Notes: generated by a model not told the origin, from the sequence alone. Shown: positions 50,156 through 60,039, counted from the first letter of the stretch. The stretch is 64,000 nt of DNA from Candidatus Woesearchaeota archaeon (GCA_021736975.1 JAIPET010000001.1:26147-90146), one strand, 5' to 3'. Program-made: numbers and translations.

Positions 50156-51159
50156 TTGTTTGTTCTTATGGTTGCAAACGATGATGAAATTAGAACAATA
50201 TTCAAATCATTAGATTTAAACATAAATAATATTTCTAAAGTCAAAACACTTGCTAATTTCTTGGTTAAAGTTGAAACTGATAAAGGGAATTATTTTCTAA
50301 AGATTTATGATAGTAAAATAGAAGCTAAGACAGGTTACAAATTAGCTCATTTGTATCCGCTTTTATTAGAAAATAATATTCCTGTTCCAAAAGTTGTCAA
50401 ATATGATGACAGTTTAGAATTAGTTAAGCATCCTTACTTGATAATTACTGAAATTGAAGGTCAAATGCTTTGCGATGTAATTGAGACAATGAGCAGAAAA
50501 GAAAAAGTTTCTTTTTATTATGAATTTGGAAAAATAATTGCGAATTTCCATTCAATTACTTTTGATAAATTCGGAGAAACTTTTGATGGTAAAACTGTTC
50601 AGAATTTTACTGAAGCAAATAATAAAGGTCCGTTTGATAATTGGAAAGATATGCATAAAGAAATAATCGAATTTAGGTTAAATATTTTCAGAAACTCAAG
50701 TTTTGAAGATCTAATTGAACCTATTAGTTCTTGGTTTGAAAAAAATTCAGATCTTATTGATTATCATATTACTCCGAGACTACTTCATATTGATTTAAAT
50801 CAAAAAAATGTATTCGTGAATAATAATAAAATTTCAGGAATAATTGATTTTGATGGAGCTTTTGTTGGACATAATGAAGAAGAATTAATGAGAACTGAAG
50901 GTGCAAATTTTTCAAATGATGAAGAATTAAAGCAATCATTTTTCGAATGATATACAGAAATTATTAAATTAGATTCTGATTATGAACTACGAAGAAAATA
51001 CTATTATTTTGCAAGATTACTTGTTCATACTGATTGCATAATTCAATATGGTGAAAGTTATGTTGATGTTAAAAAAGAAGGAGATATTGTTAGAAAAGAA
51101 ATTTTTAAATTATTAAATGATGAAGAAATTGATTTTAATAAGAATAAGCGAAATACTTA
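50156..51159 (+). pseudogene. aminoglycoside/choline-kinase-type phosphotransferase (APH family) with in-frame TGA at 50948-50950
   Basis: HIDLNQKNVFV (HxDLxxxN) and IIDFDGAF (DFG/IDxD) motifs; the same frame stays open for 69 more codons after the TGA, giving a typical family length of about 334 aa. Confidence 0.55.
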
Positions 51160-51214
51160 ATCTAGCTCCAACTCTTTTTGTTTCTTTTTTCTAAAAAGAA
51201 AATAGTGAAAATTT

Positions 51215-51238
51215 AATTGCGTATAAGCCTTGTTATAC
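51215..51238 (+). repeat. dif-like palindromic site ATTGCGTATAA-GCCTTG-TTATACG
   Basis: 7-bp perfect inverted arms CGTATAA/TTATACG around a 6-bp spacer; a member of an at least 10-copy family, all in + orientation, lying between the single-gene units. Confidence 0.6.
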
Positions 51239-51302
51239 GTTTTTTCTGCAAGAAAAAATCGCGAAGTGAAACGTAGCGACAGTATGACGCAAGGTGGTGG
51301 CG

Positions 51303-51860
51303 TTACAGAAGTGGCTTAATATTATTAAATAATTCTTCAAATTCAATATATCCTGCTTCCTCGTTAAAGTGTCCTGCATTTTTTATAATATTAGGTATTG
51401 CACCAAGTTTATCTGCTAACTCATTTGCACATTCTATTGGAACGTAAGGGTCATTATCTGAATGATAAATAAAGAATTGTTTACAATTTTGTTTTATCTT
51501 TGACCAATCAAAGGTTTTATCTACAAATGTTCTATTGATTGAATCAAAAGTTTCATTTCCTAATAATTTTAAGAAACCTGAAATGAAATATGAACCTTTG
51601 ATTGTTACATTAATATGTTCCAATACACTTAGTAAAAATGCAGGTGCTAAACTATGACCTACAAAAATGGTATTCTCATCAATTTGGTTTTCATATTCTG
51701 CAAAAATAGTATTCCAGTTTTCCAATGATTGATTTTCAGGAGTTGGAAATTCAGGAACAATCACTTCGTGATTTAATTCTTCTAATTTTTGCTTTAACCA
51801 AGGAAACCAGTTTTCTTTTGGATTACCAAAAGCACCATGAATGAGGAAAATTTTTGTCAT
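51303..51860 (-). CDS. alpha/beta hydrolase (YdeN/RBBP9-like serine hydrolase)
   Basis: 185 aa, GHSLA nucleophile elbow, D and H later in the sequence. Confidence 0.55.
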   Translation of the reverse strand: MTKIFLIHGAFGNPKENWFPWLKQKLEELNHEVIVPEFPTPENQSLENWNTIFAEYENQIDENTIFVGHSLAPAFLLSVLEHINVTIKGSYFISGFLKLLGNETFDSINRTFVDKTFDWSKIKQNCKQFFIYHSDNDPYVPIECANELADKLGAIPNIIKNAGHFNEEAGYIEFEELFNNIKPLL

Positions 51861-51920
51861 AATAATATAATAGAAAGCAGGATTTTATAAGATTTGTGAT
51901 TAAGCCACCACCTGAGTAAT

Positions 51921-51944
51921 ATTGCGTATAATCCTTGTTAAACT
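51921..51944 (+). repeat. dif-like site (right arm degenerate)
   Basis: ATTGCGTATAA-TCCTTG-TTAAACT. Confidence 0.5.
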
Positions 51945-52064
51945 CTCCGTTAGGATTGATTTTTAGTGCAACGATGCCGAAGGCAAAAAATCAAAGTCGA
52001 GAAAGAGGGCGTTCTATTTAATGAGCGAATGCAATACATCAAGAACAGGAATATAGGGGCACAC

Positions 52065-52982
52065 TCACGTTTCTTTTAGTTCATATACATTATCCAATAA
52101 ATCTGGCTTTGGAATTGAAGATAATTCTCCTTTACTTCCACTTTTAACCCATTTAATATGCCATAAATATAGAAGTCCGACAGACATTTGTTCTAAATAT
52201 ATTCCTAATGTCCAAATTATTCCTTCATAAATTATTACTACTGTCCAAAATAAAGATGAGAATGCAACACCAGATTTATCCAAATAAATAATTATTATCA
52301 ATGGAATAGCCATAAATAATGATGCAATACCTGTTAAAGTATATGTTGTAATAAATTGTAATGGATGTTTTTTTATGACTTCAAGAGATCTTTTAAACGC
52401 TGAAAATGGTCCTTTATTTTCCCAAGCAATAGCTGGTAATGTTAAAAAGATGTACATTCTAACTAATTTTTCAAACATTCTTAATCCGAGTTTTAACCAA
52501 CTAAAGGGTCCAGAGTTTGCTCCTCCTAATGTTAATGCAGCATCTCTAGGAGATGGTTCTGGTCTTGAACTTCTTCCTTTCTTTTTACTAGTTAAAACTC
52601 TAATAATTAGTAGAATAAACCAAACAATTGCCCAAATTAGCGCGACTGGAATTACTTTTATCAAATCTAAAAATACTGCTTCTTTTATTGCTTTTCCAAA
52701 TGATATTTTTTCTCCGAATTCAATCTGTTGCATGAATTCAAGCATCATAATATTTGCAACACAAATAATTAATGTAATCAGGAAAATTACTCCAAATATA
52801 ATTAATAGTAGTAATCCTAAATCATTTGGTGCTTCAAAATAATACCTTAGATATAATATAATTGATGCAACTAAAATCCATGAGAAAAATATTGGGATTA
52901 GAAAAATTGGTTTTCTAAAAAGAAATTTGAATGAATCAGTAAAAAGTTTCCATCCTTCGCCTAGTTTACCTAAAAATGCCAT
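52065..52982 (-). CDS. polytopic membrane protein
   Basis: 305 aa with several hydrophobic helices; flanked by two nested perfect 14-bp inverted repeats. Confidence 0.45.
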   Translation of the reverse strand: MAFLGKLGEGWKLFTDSFKFLFRKPIFLIPIFFSWILVASIILYLRYYFEAPNDLGLLLLIIFGVIFLITLIICVANIMMLEFMQQIEFGEKISFGKAIKEAVFLDLIKVIPVALIWAIVWFILLIIRVLTSKKKGRSSRPEPSPRDAALTLGGANSGPFSWLKLGLRMFEKLVRMYIFLTLPAIAWENKGPFSAFKRSLEVIKKHPLQFITTYTLTGIASLFMAIPLIIIIYLDKSGVAFSSLFWTVVIIYEGIIWTLGIYLEQMSVGLLYLWHIKWVKSGSKGELSSIPKPDLLDNVYELKET

Positions 52983-53084
52983 TTAAATATTAAATGTCAA
53001 GAGTAATATATAAATATTTCTAGAGTGAGTGTGCCCCTTTCAAATCTTTAGCCCTCTTTCTCGATTGAGTTTAAGTGCTGTTAT

Positions 53085-53125
53085 CTTTCCTGACGACCAA
53101 AGGGAGGAAAGCGCAGCGGGGCTCG
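53085..53125 (+). repeat. repeat module B: CGACGACYRAARGGAGGARAGCGCAGCGGGGC
   Basis: Copies at 53085-53125, 53958-53995 and 58897-58930, partial at 60072-60100; contains the SD-like AAAGGAGG. Confidence 0.5.
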
Positions 53126-53299
53126 AAGGTGTAGCGAAGCGGAACCATCGAGAGTTGAGAATAAGTCCGTCCATCAGATGAACGAAGTGGTACATCTAGA
53201 CAAATCATCGAGGGGTTTGGTTGTTAGAAAACTTGTTGCCACTAAATAGAGACTATAAAGCGAAAGGTTTTTAAATACATAATCATTTTCCTTTTTAAA

Positions 53300-53902
53300 A
53301 TGACAATAATAATTCCAAAATATTCAGAATCAAAAATTGTTGAACCAACAAAACAAGATTATCAACAACTAAGTATTGATATGCCTGATAAGAAAAATAT
53401 AAGATTAGCATCATTAGATGAAATAAAAACTTTTTCTGGAGTTGATTTATCATATGGAGTTCCAATTATTAAAAAAGGATTTTTTGGAAATAAAAATTCA
53501 GATTTATATGCACCAACTGATGAAGATTGTTCTAGATTAGGAATAGAAAATAATTATGCCGTATCTCAAGAAGGTGATGTAATGCTAAAAAGTTATTCTT
53601 TAGAAGATGGTGTTGCATATGTTTCTGATCCACATGGAAGTTTAGTTGAAACTTTTGCAAAAAGTTCAGCAATAGCATCGGATGTAATCAAAAATGGAAT
53701 TGTAAATATGAAAGTATTTATCAAAGATGCAGGTATTGGAAATTTAGTATTAACCCATCCTGATGTGGGTACTTCTTTAAAAAATCATGGATCAAAATTT
53801 GTTGATACCTTATTTCCAAATTATAGAAAAATAATGGCAACAATACCAGATTCAAGTTCGCAAGGTATAACATCTAACGGACTAGAATATGCATTATATT
53901 AA
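53300..53902 (+). CDS. hypothetical protein
   Basis: 200-aa ORF; TATA-like TTTTTAAATA about 25 bp upstream; flanked by a 14-bp perfect inverted repeat. Confidence 0.45.
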   Translation: MTIIIPKYSESKIVEPTKQDYQQLSIDMPDKKNIRLASLDEIKTFSGVDLSYGVPIIKKGFFGNKNSDLYAPTDEDCSRLGIENNYAVSQEGDVMLKSYSLEDGVAYVSDPHGSLVETFAKSSAIASDVIKNGIVNMKVFIKDAGIGNLVLTHPDVGTSLKNHGSKFVDTLFPNYRKIMATIPDSSSQGITSNGLEYALY

Positions 53903-54102
53903 ACCAAACCCCCTTCTTTTTTTTAGGACTTATTCTCAATTGAAGATAATTCCTGTTATGTCTCCCGACGACTAAAAGGAGGAGAGCGCAGCGGGGCAAA
54001 ATCCAAAGGATTTTGAGTTCAGAATTCGGGCGTTATTAATATTAACTTTAAAGTGGTAACAGTACCGAAAGATTTATAAATATAAAGTCAATTCATTTTA
54101 TT

Positions 54103-54387
54103 ATGAGATTATATCAAAAAATTATCGCTGGAGGAATAGTAATTGCTGGTTTGGCTGGACTTACTGGATGTAAAGATAATTCTAATCAAGAATCTCAAAG
54201 AAATGAACCTGCTCCATCACATTTTGCGACAGTTCCAATGGTTTATGAAACTGGAATGTCAATGACGAGTGGAGATTTTGATGGAGATGGAGATTTAGAT
54301 TTGATTGTTGGAGCAAAATATCCTGGAAAAAGCGAAGGACGAGTTTATAGATTCAACAATGATGGAGAAGGTAATCTTTCTCAGTAA
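54103..54387 (+). CDS. lipoprotein with FG-GAP/VCBS-like repeat
   Basis: Signal peptide and lipobox LTGC; DFDGDGDLDLIVGAKY; TATA-like TTTATAAATA about 25 bp upstream. Confidence 0.5.
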   Translation: MRLYQKIIAGGIVIAGLAGLTGCKDNSNQESQRNEPAPSHFATVPMVYETGMSMTSGDFDGDGDLDLIVGAKYPGKSEGRVYRFNNDGEGNLSQ

Positions 54388-54433
54388 ATCTTTCGGTTTC
54401 TATAATTATACTTTTAGCCCGAATTCTGAATTA

Positions 54434-54472
54434 GACATAATCCTTGTTATACGTTTTTTCTGCAAGAAAAAA
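54434..54472 (+). repeat. dif-like half site plus hairpin TTTTTTCTGCAAGAAAAAA
   Basis: ...ATAA-TCCTTG-TTATACG followed by the hairpin; a variant module is shared with 51239-51300. Confidence 0.5.
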
Positions 54473-54518
54473 TTGCGAAATGAAATGGAGCAACAGTATG
54501 ACGCAGAGAGCTTTTCCG

Positions 54519-55016
54519 TTACTTGTTGAAAAAATTAATACATTCTGGAATTACTTTTAGAAAATTCTCTGGAGAATTATTTAAACTTTGAAGTAATTCC
54601 TCTTTTGAAAACCATTTGATTTTTTCAACTTCATCTTCTTGAATTGTAAATTGTTTTATATCTTTATCGACTAAAGCAAAAAACCATTGAGTAAAATGTT
54701 TGTGTTCTCCATCGTGAAAATGATGAAATGACTTTTGAAATTTTTGATTCTTTAAACCAATCTCTTCTTCAGCTTCTTTAACAATATTGGATTCATATGA
54801 TTCTCCTTCATCAATAGTTCCAGCAACTGCTGGACCCCATTTCCCAGGATTATTTTTTTTGTTAAATGATCTTTGTGCAAGGAGAATCTCGCCATTAGAA
54901 TTTTGAATCCATAAAGCTGAAACTCTATAAATATCAGATTGGTTTAAAGTTCCTCTTTCTTTAGAACCTATGATTTCATCATTTTCATTTACAATAACTA
55001 TTTTTGCTTTAGACAT
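54519..55016 (-). CDS. NUDIX hydrolase
   Basis: Nudix box GTIDEGESYESNIVKEAEEEIGL. Confidence 0.75.
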   Translation of the reverse strand: MSKAKIVIVNENDEIIGSKERGTLNQSDIYRVSALWIQNSNGEILLAQRSFNKKNNPGKWGPAVAGTIDEGESYESNIVKEAEEEIGLKNQKFQKSFHHFHDGEHKHFTQWFFALVDKDIKQFTIQEDEVEKIKWFSKEELLQSLNNSPENFLKVIPECINFFNK

Positions 55017-55075
55017 ATCTTTTTACAATTCAAGAAGTAATATAAATTTATCGAAAGGAAAAGCTCTCGAGTAAT

Positions 55076-55099
55076 ATTGCGTATAACCCTTGTTATATT
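55076..55099 (+). repeat. dif-like site
   Basis: ATTGCGTATAA-CCCTTG-TTATATT. Confidence 0.5.
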
Positions 55100-55167
55100 C
55101 CCCGTAGGGCAGAAATTTAGTGCAACGTCCCGAAGGGAAATTTCAGAGTTTTGGAAATGGGCCGTCA

Positions 55168-56064
55168 TTAAAAATTTGATATTAAAAAATCTGTAACAAC
55201 TTTTGCTAATTCTTCTTCCTTATCTTCAAAATCGTGATTAGTTTTTGGAATAATTACTGCTTTGGTTCTGCTGTTACTTTTCTTCAATAATTCAACTGAT
55301 TCGTTGACTGACATCATCATATGTTCAGAACCTTCTTTAACAACATCTGCATTTGTGAATTTGTCATTATTTGAAATTACTGCCAAAATAGGAACTTTAA
55401 TTTTAGAATAAAAATCCAATTTCTTTAGACGAAATGGAAATGCTTTAGATAATTCTGAATTGTCTGAAAACTGATTTATGAACGATTCGGCACTTTTTGG
55501 CAGTATCCCTGCGTGACTATACCATTGTGTTGTTAAAAATTGTTCTCTTTTATCTTTTTCAATTAGGTTTTTTGCTTCAGTAAATAAGTCATCTTTACAG
55601 TTAGTTTTATCCATGAATTTATGGGCACAACCAAAAGAATCAGAAAAACCTAAAAGTACAATTCCAGTAATTTTATCTTTATACTTTCCTTTATTCATGT
55701 AATAAACAATTTTTTCAGTTCCTAAACTATGGCCTTGTAGGATTATGTTTGAATATCCCTTATTTATGACAAATTCAATCCATGCATCAATATCCAAAAG
55801 ACAATCCTCAAAATTCTCGACCGCTGAGCCTGTTTTTTGCCAAGTGTGTGTCAAAACAGAATTTCCTCTGTTGTTAATTGATAACCACGAGAATCCATTT
55901 TTGGGAAAAGCAACAGCCATATTCTCAAAGAATGGCTCTTCATAAAAATTGCTTGCAGAACCATGAATATTAATCACGATTTTGTCTGAATTTTTATTTT
56001 CCAAAAATAATCCGTGAAGAATTAACTTGTCTTTTGTTGTTACAGATACTATTGGGTATTTCAT
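55168..56064 (-). CDS. alpha/beta hydrolase (esterase/lipase-like)
   Basis: GHSLG nucleophile motif, 298 aa. Confidence 0.6.
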   Translation of the reverse strand: MKYPIVSVTTKDKLILHGLFLENKNSDKIVINIHGSASNFYEEPFFENMAVAFPKNGFSWLSINNRGNSVLTHTWQKTGSAVENFEDCLLDIDAWIEFVINKGYSNIILQGHSLGTEKIVYYMNKGKYKDKITGIVLLGFSDSFGCAHKFMDKTNCKDDLFTEAKNLIEKDKREQFLTTQWYSHAGILPKSAESFINQFSDNSELSKAFPFRLKKLDFYSKIKVPILAVISNNDKFTNADVVKEGSEHMMMSVNESVELLKKSNSRTKAVIIPKTNHDFEDKEEELAKVVTDFLISNF

Positions 56065-56124
56065 ATCTATATAGATTTGAAGAAGAATTAAAAAGATTTC
56101 GTTTTAGGCCCCTTTCCAAAATTG

Positions 56125-56245
56125 AATATAAGCTCTGTTATACGTTTTTTCTGCAAGAAAAAAAGCCGAAGGCTCAATTAAATTTTCACGTCAATCAATA
56201 ACGACCAAAGGGAGCCAATATGTCCGAAGGACGAGGGGGGTCCAG
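56125..56245 (+). repeat. dif-like half site, hairpin and 100-bp repeat module (second copy)
   Basis: Near-identical to 50000-50130; ends in the left inverted repeat of the next unit. Confidence 0.6.
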
Positions 56246-56286
56246 ATTTTTTGTTTCTTTTTTTTTAAAAAAGAATATTGAATCTT

Positions 56287-57714
56287 TTAGTTTCTCATAA
56301 TTTTTTCAAAAATTAATCCTACAAATATTCCAACTATTCCTGCTAACAAATTCATTATTGCCGGTTCAAATCCAAATAAAGGAATCTTAAGAAATAAGTT
56401 TAATATTACTGATATTAATCCGAAAGATAGGGCAAACCAACCAACAGTTTTTGATTTAATTCCATGTAATGGGGCTAATAAGCAAGGAAGCAAACCCATT
56501 AAACCCGCAATTTGAATAGTTGCTAAACTTACGATGAATTTAGGAGGTGAAATAGAAAGTATTACACTTATCACTAGAACAGATATCATCAATATTCTGC
56601 TTAGAGATACTTTAATTTTTTCTCTTTTCAAAACATTTTCTTCAAATATTGCTGTTACTGAAAGTAGAACTGAATCTATTGTTGATATGGATGCTGCAAC
56701 AACTCCGACAATCACAAGTATGGATGCAATGATTATCAATCCTAGTAAAAATCCTGTTGAGTTTGACAAAACACTTTGAATAACATCTCCGACTACAAAA
56801 TCAGGGGTTGAAACAGCAACATTTGCTGCAGCGTATAAACCAATTAATCCCGCAAACAAAATTGTAAAAACTCCTGCAATTGGATACCACAAGCTAATCA
56901 TCTTTAGCGTCTTTTTATTTGCTGCCATTATTCTTACACTAACTTGAGGTGTTGCTAGAACAATGAATGCAAAAAGTATTGCATAGGAGATTAAAAGAGG
57001 TACTGTGAAATAGCCATTCGGACCTGGAATTGAAGTTAGTCCTGCTTCACTAATCTTTGCTAAAAAATTAGTGCCTTTCATAAAAAATAACAATACTGCT
57101 CCAAAAACACCTACTCCAACTAAAGTGAATATTCCTTGAATTTGATCAGTCTTTGCGTCAACAATAGAACCGCCCTTCCATAAATAAAATCCAACTAAAG
57201 CCGCAAGAATTATTAAACCAGTGATATAGCTAATTGCTCCATCTGTATATGAAACAAATAATTTGCCTATTCCAGCTAGTTGCAATATTAAATACGGAAA
57301 CAAAAATAATATTGTTGTCAAAGATAATATTTTTGAAAGACTTTTTGAATTATATCCATCTAATAACAATCCAATAGGAGAAAGAAAAGTTTTATTGTTT
57401 TTTTCTTGGTCCTGTCTTAGTTTTGATATTTTAACACCATAAGTCATTAAAATAATAGGAGTTAACATCACACCTAAACCGAGAAAGAAAAATGCACCGA
57501 CTCCATGTGCATAATATAATGCGGGTAAACCAACAACAGTGAATGCACTAAATGTTGTAGCAAAAAGAGAAAAGAAAATAAGGTTCGGACTAAGTCTTCC
57601 AATAGCAGTAAAAAATTCATAATTAGTGATTTTTTTAGGGAGTTTAATTTTAACCCATAAAGAAATTCCAATAACCAAGAGAATGGATATAATTGCAATT
57701 GTTAGTTCAATCAT
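56287..57714 (-). CDS. polytopic membrane transporter (sodium:solute symporter-like)
   Basis: 475 aa, about 12 hydrophobic helices. Confidence 0.4.
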   Translation of the reverse strand: MIELTIAIISILLVIGISLWVKIKLPKKITNYEFFTAIGRLSPNLIFFSLFATTFSAFTVVGLPALYYAHGVGAFFFLGLGVMLTPIILMTYGVKISKLRQDQEKNNKTFLSPIGLLLDGYNSKSLSKILSLTTILFLFPYLILQLAGIGKLFVSYTDGAISYITGLIILAALVGFYLWKGGSIVDAKTDQIQGIFTLVGVGVFGAVLLFFMKGTNFLAKISEAGLTSIPGPNGYFTVPLLISYAILFAFIVLATPQVSVRIMAANKKTLKMISLWYPIAGVFTILFAGLIGLYAAANVAVSTPDFVVGDVIQSVLSNSTGFLLGLIIIASILVIVGVVAASISTIDSVLLSVTAIFEENVLKREKIKVSLSRILMISVLVISVILSISPPKFIVSLATIQIAGLMGLLPCLLAPLHGIKSKTVGWFALSFGLISVILNLFLKIPLFGFEPAIMNLLAGIVGIFVGLIFEKIMRN

Positions 57715-58219
57715 AATTTAGATTTATTAATTAAAGTTTATAATGTTTTCTAAAATCAACGTGGACTTGGAATGTTTTTCTCAGTAAATCAATTTCGAAC
57801 AACAAAGTTGTGAGCCAATATGTGCGTAGCACCTGGACTCCCCCTCTTTTGCTTCTTTTTCTAAAAGAAGAATGAGATTTAGACTAGTGAAAATTTAATT
57901 GCGTATAACATCGCGATTAAGAGAAGTTGTTTGCAGTGACTTTAATCTATAAATAAGCAAACAATTTGGGCTAATTTCTGGTCGGGCACGAAGCCGATTT
58001 GCGAAGCAAAAAGAAATTACCTCTTAATCTGCTGTTGGGAGATTTTTTCTGAAAGAAAAAACACGAGCTGACGCACAAAGCGTCCTCGTGAGTAAAAAAT
58101 TATCTTTGGGTGGGGGGCGGAGGTGGAAACTCCGCAATTAAATAGGAAAAATTATCGTGTTATTTTGAGAAATTAGGGTTGGGCGAAAGACTTATAAACT
58201 ATAGGGTGATAACAAGAAT

Positions 58220-58570
58220 ATGATAAAAGAAATTTGGAAAGAATGTGTAGCACTTGGCTTAGCAGGAGCAATTTATTTTTCTCCAGCTGCGGTTGAAATT
58301 TACATGAACAGCAAATTTAAGGACATTGGAGAAGAATTTTCTGTAAGAGAAATTGGTAATCAAAGACAATTTTATATTGGTGCCGAGATGGGATTGGCTC
58401 GTCTTGCAATAGATGAAAACAAAGACGGCACCCTTGACAAAGTATATAGAAATATGCCAATTTCTCCAATGATGGGTGGTCCAGGATACAGATTGATGGA
58501 AACAGAAACAACCGCAACCGACAGAGAAAAATTTGCAAGGGCAGAACGACTTCTAAGCCAAGCAAAATAA
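58220..58570 (+). CDS. hypothetical protein
   Basis: 116-aa ORF; TATA-like CTTATAAACT about 25-30 bp upstream. Confidence 0.4.
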   Translation: MIKEIWKECVALGLAGAIYFSPAAVEIYMNSKFKDIGEEFSVREIGNQRQFYIGAEMGLARLAIDENKDGTLDKVYRNMPISPMMGGPGYRLMETETTATDREKFARAERLLSQAK

Positions 58571-58877
58571 ATTCTTTCTTTCAAAAATAAAGCCCTACCC
58601 TAAGAAAAATTTGGGAGAGCAAAGCGAACCCTTTACCCTTTGTTATATGAGGTGCGAAGCATTTCATTTCTGTTTTTGTTTGGTCGGGTAAAAGAAGTTT
58701 TTCATAGTATTTTCACGATGATTTTTCAGTATCTCGGGTGGGAAGAAAGATAATTTTTTATTTCCCCGAGCCGAAGAATGAGGCGAGTGGTGTAAATCCC
58801 AACGTCAGGGATATACGAAGTTTTTCTGGAACGAAGCGGAAGAAAAATTTGGGTGAAGCCCGAGCCGAGGGCTGAAC

Positions 58878-58897
58878 CGTATATCCCTTGTTATACG
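58878..58897 (+). repeat. dif-like site
   Basis: CCGTATAT-CCCTTG-TTATACG. Confidence 0.5.
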
Positions 58898-58969
58898 CCC
58901 CGACGACTGAAAGGAGGAGAGCGCAGCGTGGTGCGAACGAAGTGAGCAAGTCAGTGGAGTGGCGTTAAT

Positions 58970-59935
58970 CTAATAAGAAGTCGTTCTCGTTAAATGATAT
59001 GGTTTATCATTTTTTAATTTTTCTTGTCCAAGAATCCAAATATGATCGTTAACATGAATAGAATCTGCGTGTGCAATCTTCTTTTTTATCTTTTGTTTGA
59101 TTAGTTCTACAACCCAAACAGTATTTGCTCTTAATTCTATTTCTTCCTCGCTGTCTTTATCAATTTGAATTTGATTATCAATTTTATCAGCGAGGTAATC
59201 TGAATAAGAGAAAATACCTAATCTTCTTAAAACAAAAGGTAATTTATAATCGGCACACGCAGTTAGTTTATCAATATTTTTTAACTTGCCAAATTCGTGT
59301 CCGTTGAAAGCTTGCACAATATCAGCAACTAAAAGTTGTGCACGCTTGTAAAAATAAACTCTCTTTCCGTTGTAAGTTGATGAGTCCTCAAAAGAAGGAA
59401 AATTCTCAACTATCAAACTCAATAATTTTTGTGAATCGCCATTTGCTTTTTCTAGGAGATTAGTAAAATCGCCGTCAAATTTCTTGAGTAATGTTGTTCC
59501 AATTTCTCTTAAAATATTCAACCTTTCTTCAAAAAGAGGAATTTGAACATTTCCCTCCAAGATTTTACTAAGCTCTTCTTCTTTAATCTCAGAAAGAAAT
59601 TTTGCGTCCAAAATGGGAATTTTATTTTCTATTGCTCTGGCAACAGCACTTATCATTCCATACGCACCATCAACTTCTTCGGAATGATAAATTATTTTCC
59701 ATTTTGGGTCGCCCCAATATGAAAAACTGATTGAGTTAAACACGAGTAAAAAATGCAGTCTATCTTTCGGGCTTAACTTTTTGAGATTAAATGGCGATTC
59801 ATCAATCCAATGTTTGATATGAGAATGACTAAAATAATCAACAAACTCATCAACTTTTTCAGAGTTTATTTTTACGTGTTGAGAATTATCAACAACGAAT
59901 TTGCAAGTTTCAATTATTCTATTCATGTTATCCAT
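58970..59935 (-). CDS. hypothetical protein (possibly DUF2419 / queuosine-salvage-like)
   Basis: 321-aa ORF; the family assignment is tentative, from overall pattern only. Confidence 0.35.
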   Translation of the reverse strand: MDNMNRIIETCKFVVDNSQHVKINSEKVDEFVDYFSHSHIKHWIDESPFNLKKLSPKDRLHFLLVFNSISFSYWGDPKWKIIYHSEEVDGAYGMISAVARAIENKIPILDAKFLSEIKEEELSKILEGNVQIPLFEERLNILREIGTTLLKKFDGDFTNLLEKANGDSQKLLSLIVENFPSFEDSSTYNGKRVYFYKRAQLLVADIVQAFNGHEFGKLKNIDKLTACADYKLPFVLRRLGIFSYSDYLADKIDNQIQIDKDSEEEIELRANTVWVVELIKQKIKKKIAHADSIHVNDHIWILGQEKLKNDKPYHLTRTTSY

Positions 59936-60015
59936 TATAAATTAAAAAATGATACTAATTAAAAAATGTTTCTATAACGACTTCCACTTTGTAGCCACTC
60001 CACTGATTGCGTATA

Positions 60016-60039
60016 ATCGCTGTTCATTTTCCCGAGCGT
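60016..60039 (+). repeat. dif-like site (right arm degenerate)
   Basis: ATTGCGTATAA-TCGCTG-TTCATTT, overlapping the end of the right inverted repeat of the 58970 unit. Confidence 0.45.

Noticed and set aside
50948-50950. Alternative genetic code reading UGA as a sense codon
   Set aside because: All Trp residues in confidently identified proteins (tape measure, SAHH, RT) are encoded by TGG. Several good genes end with TGA (RT, DnaQ-like) with no convincing in-frame continuation. No other ORF shows the pattern.
48185-56163. Possible CRISPR array, from the recurring 19-bp palindromic repeat TTTTTTCTGCAAGAAAAAA
   Set aside because: Copies are 2-4 kb apart and embedded in larger repeat modules between protein genes. 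There are no regularly spaced short spacers and no cas genes.
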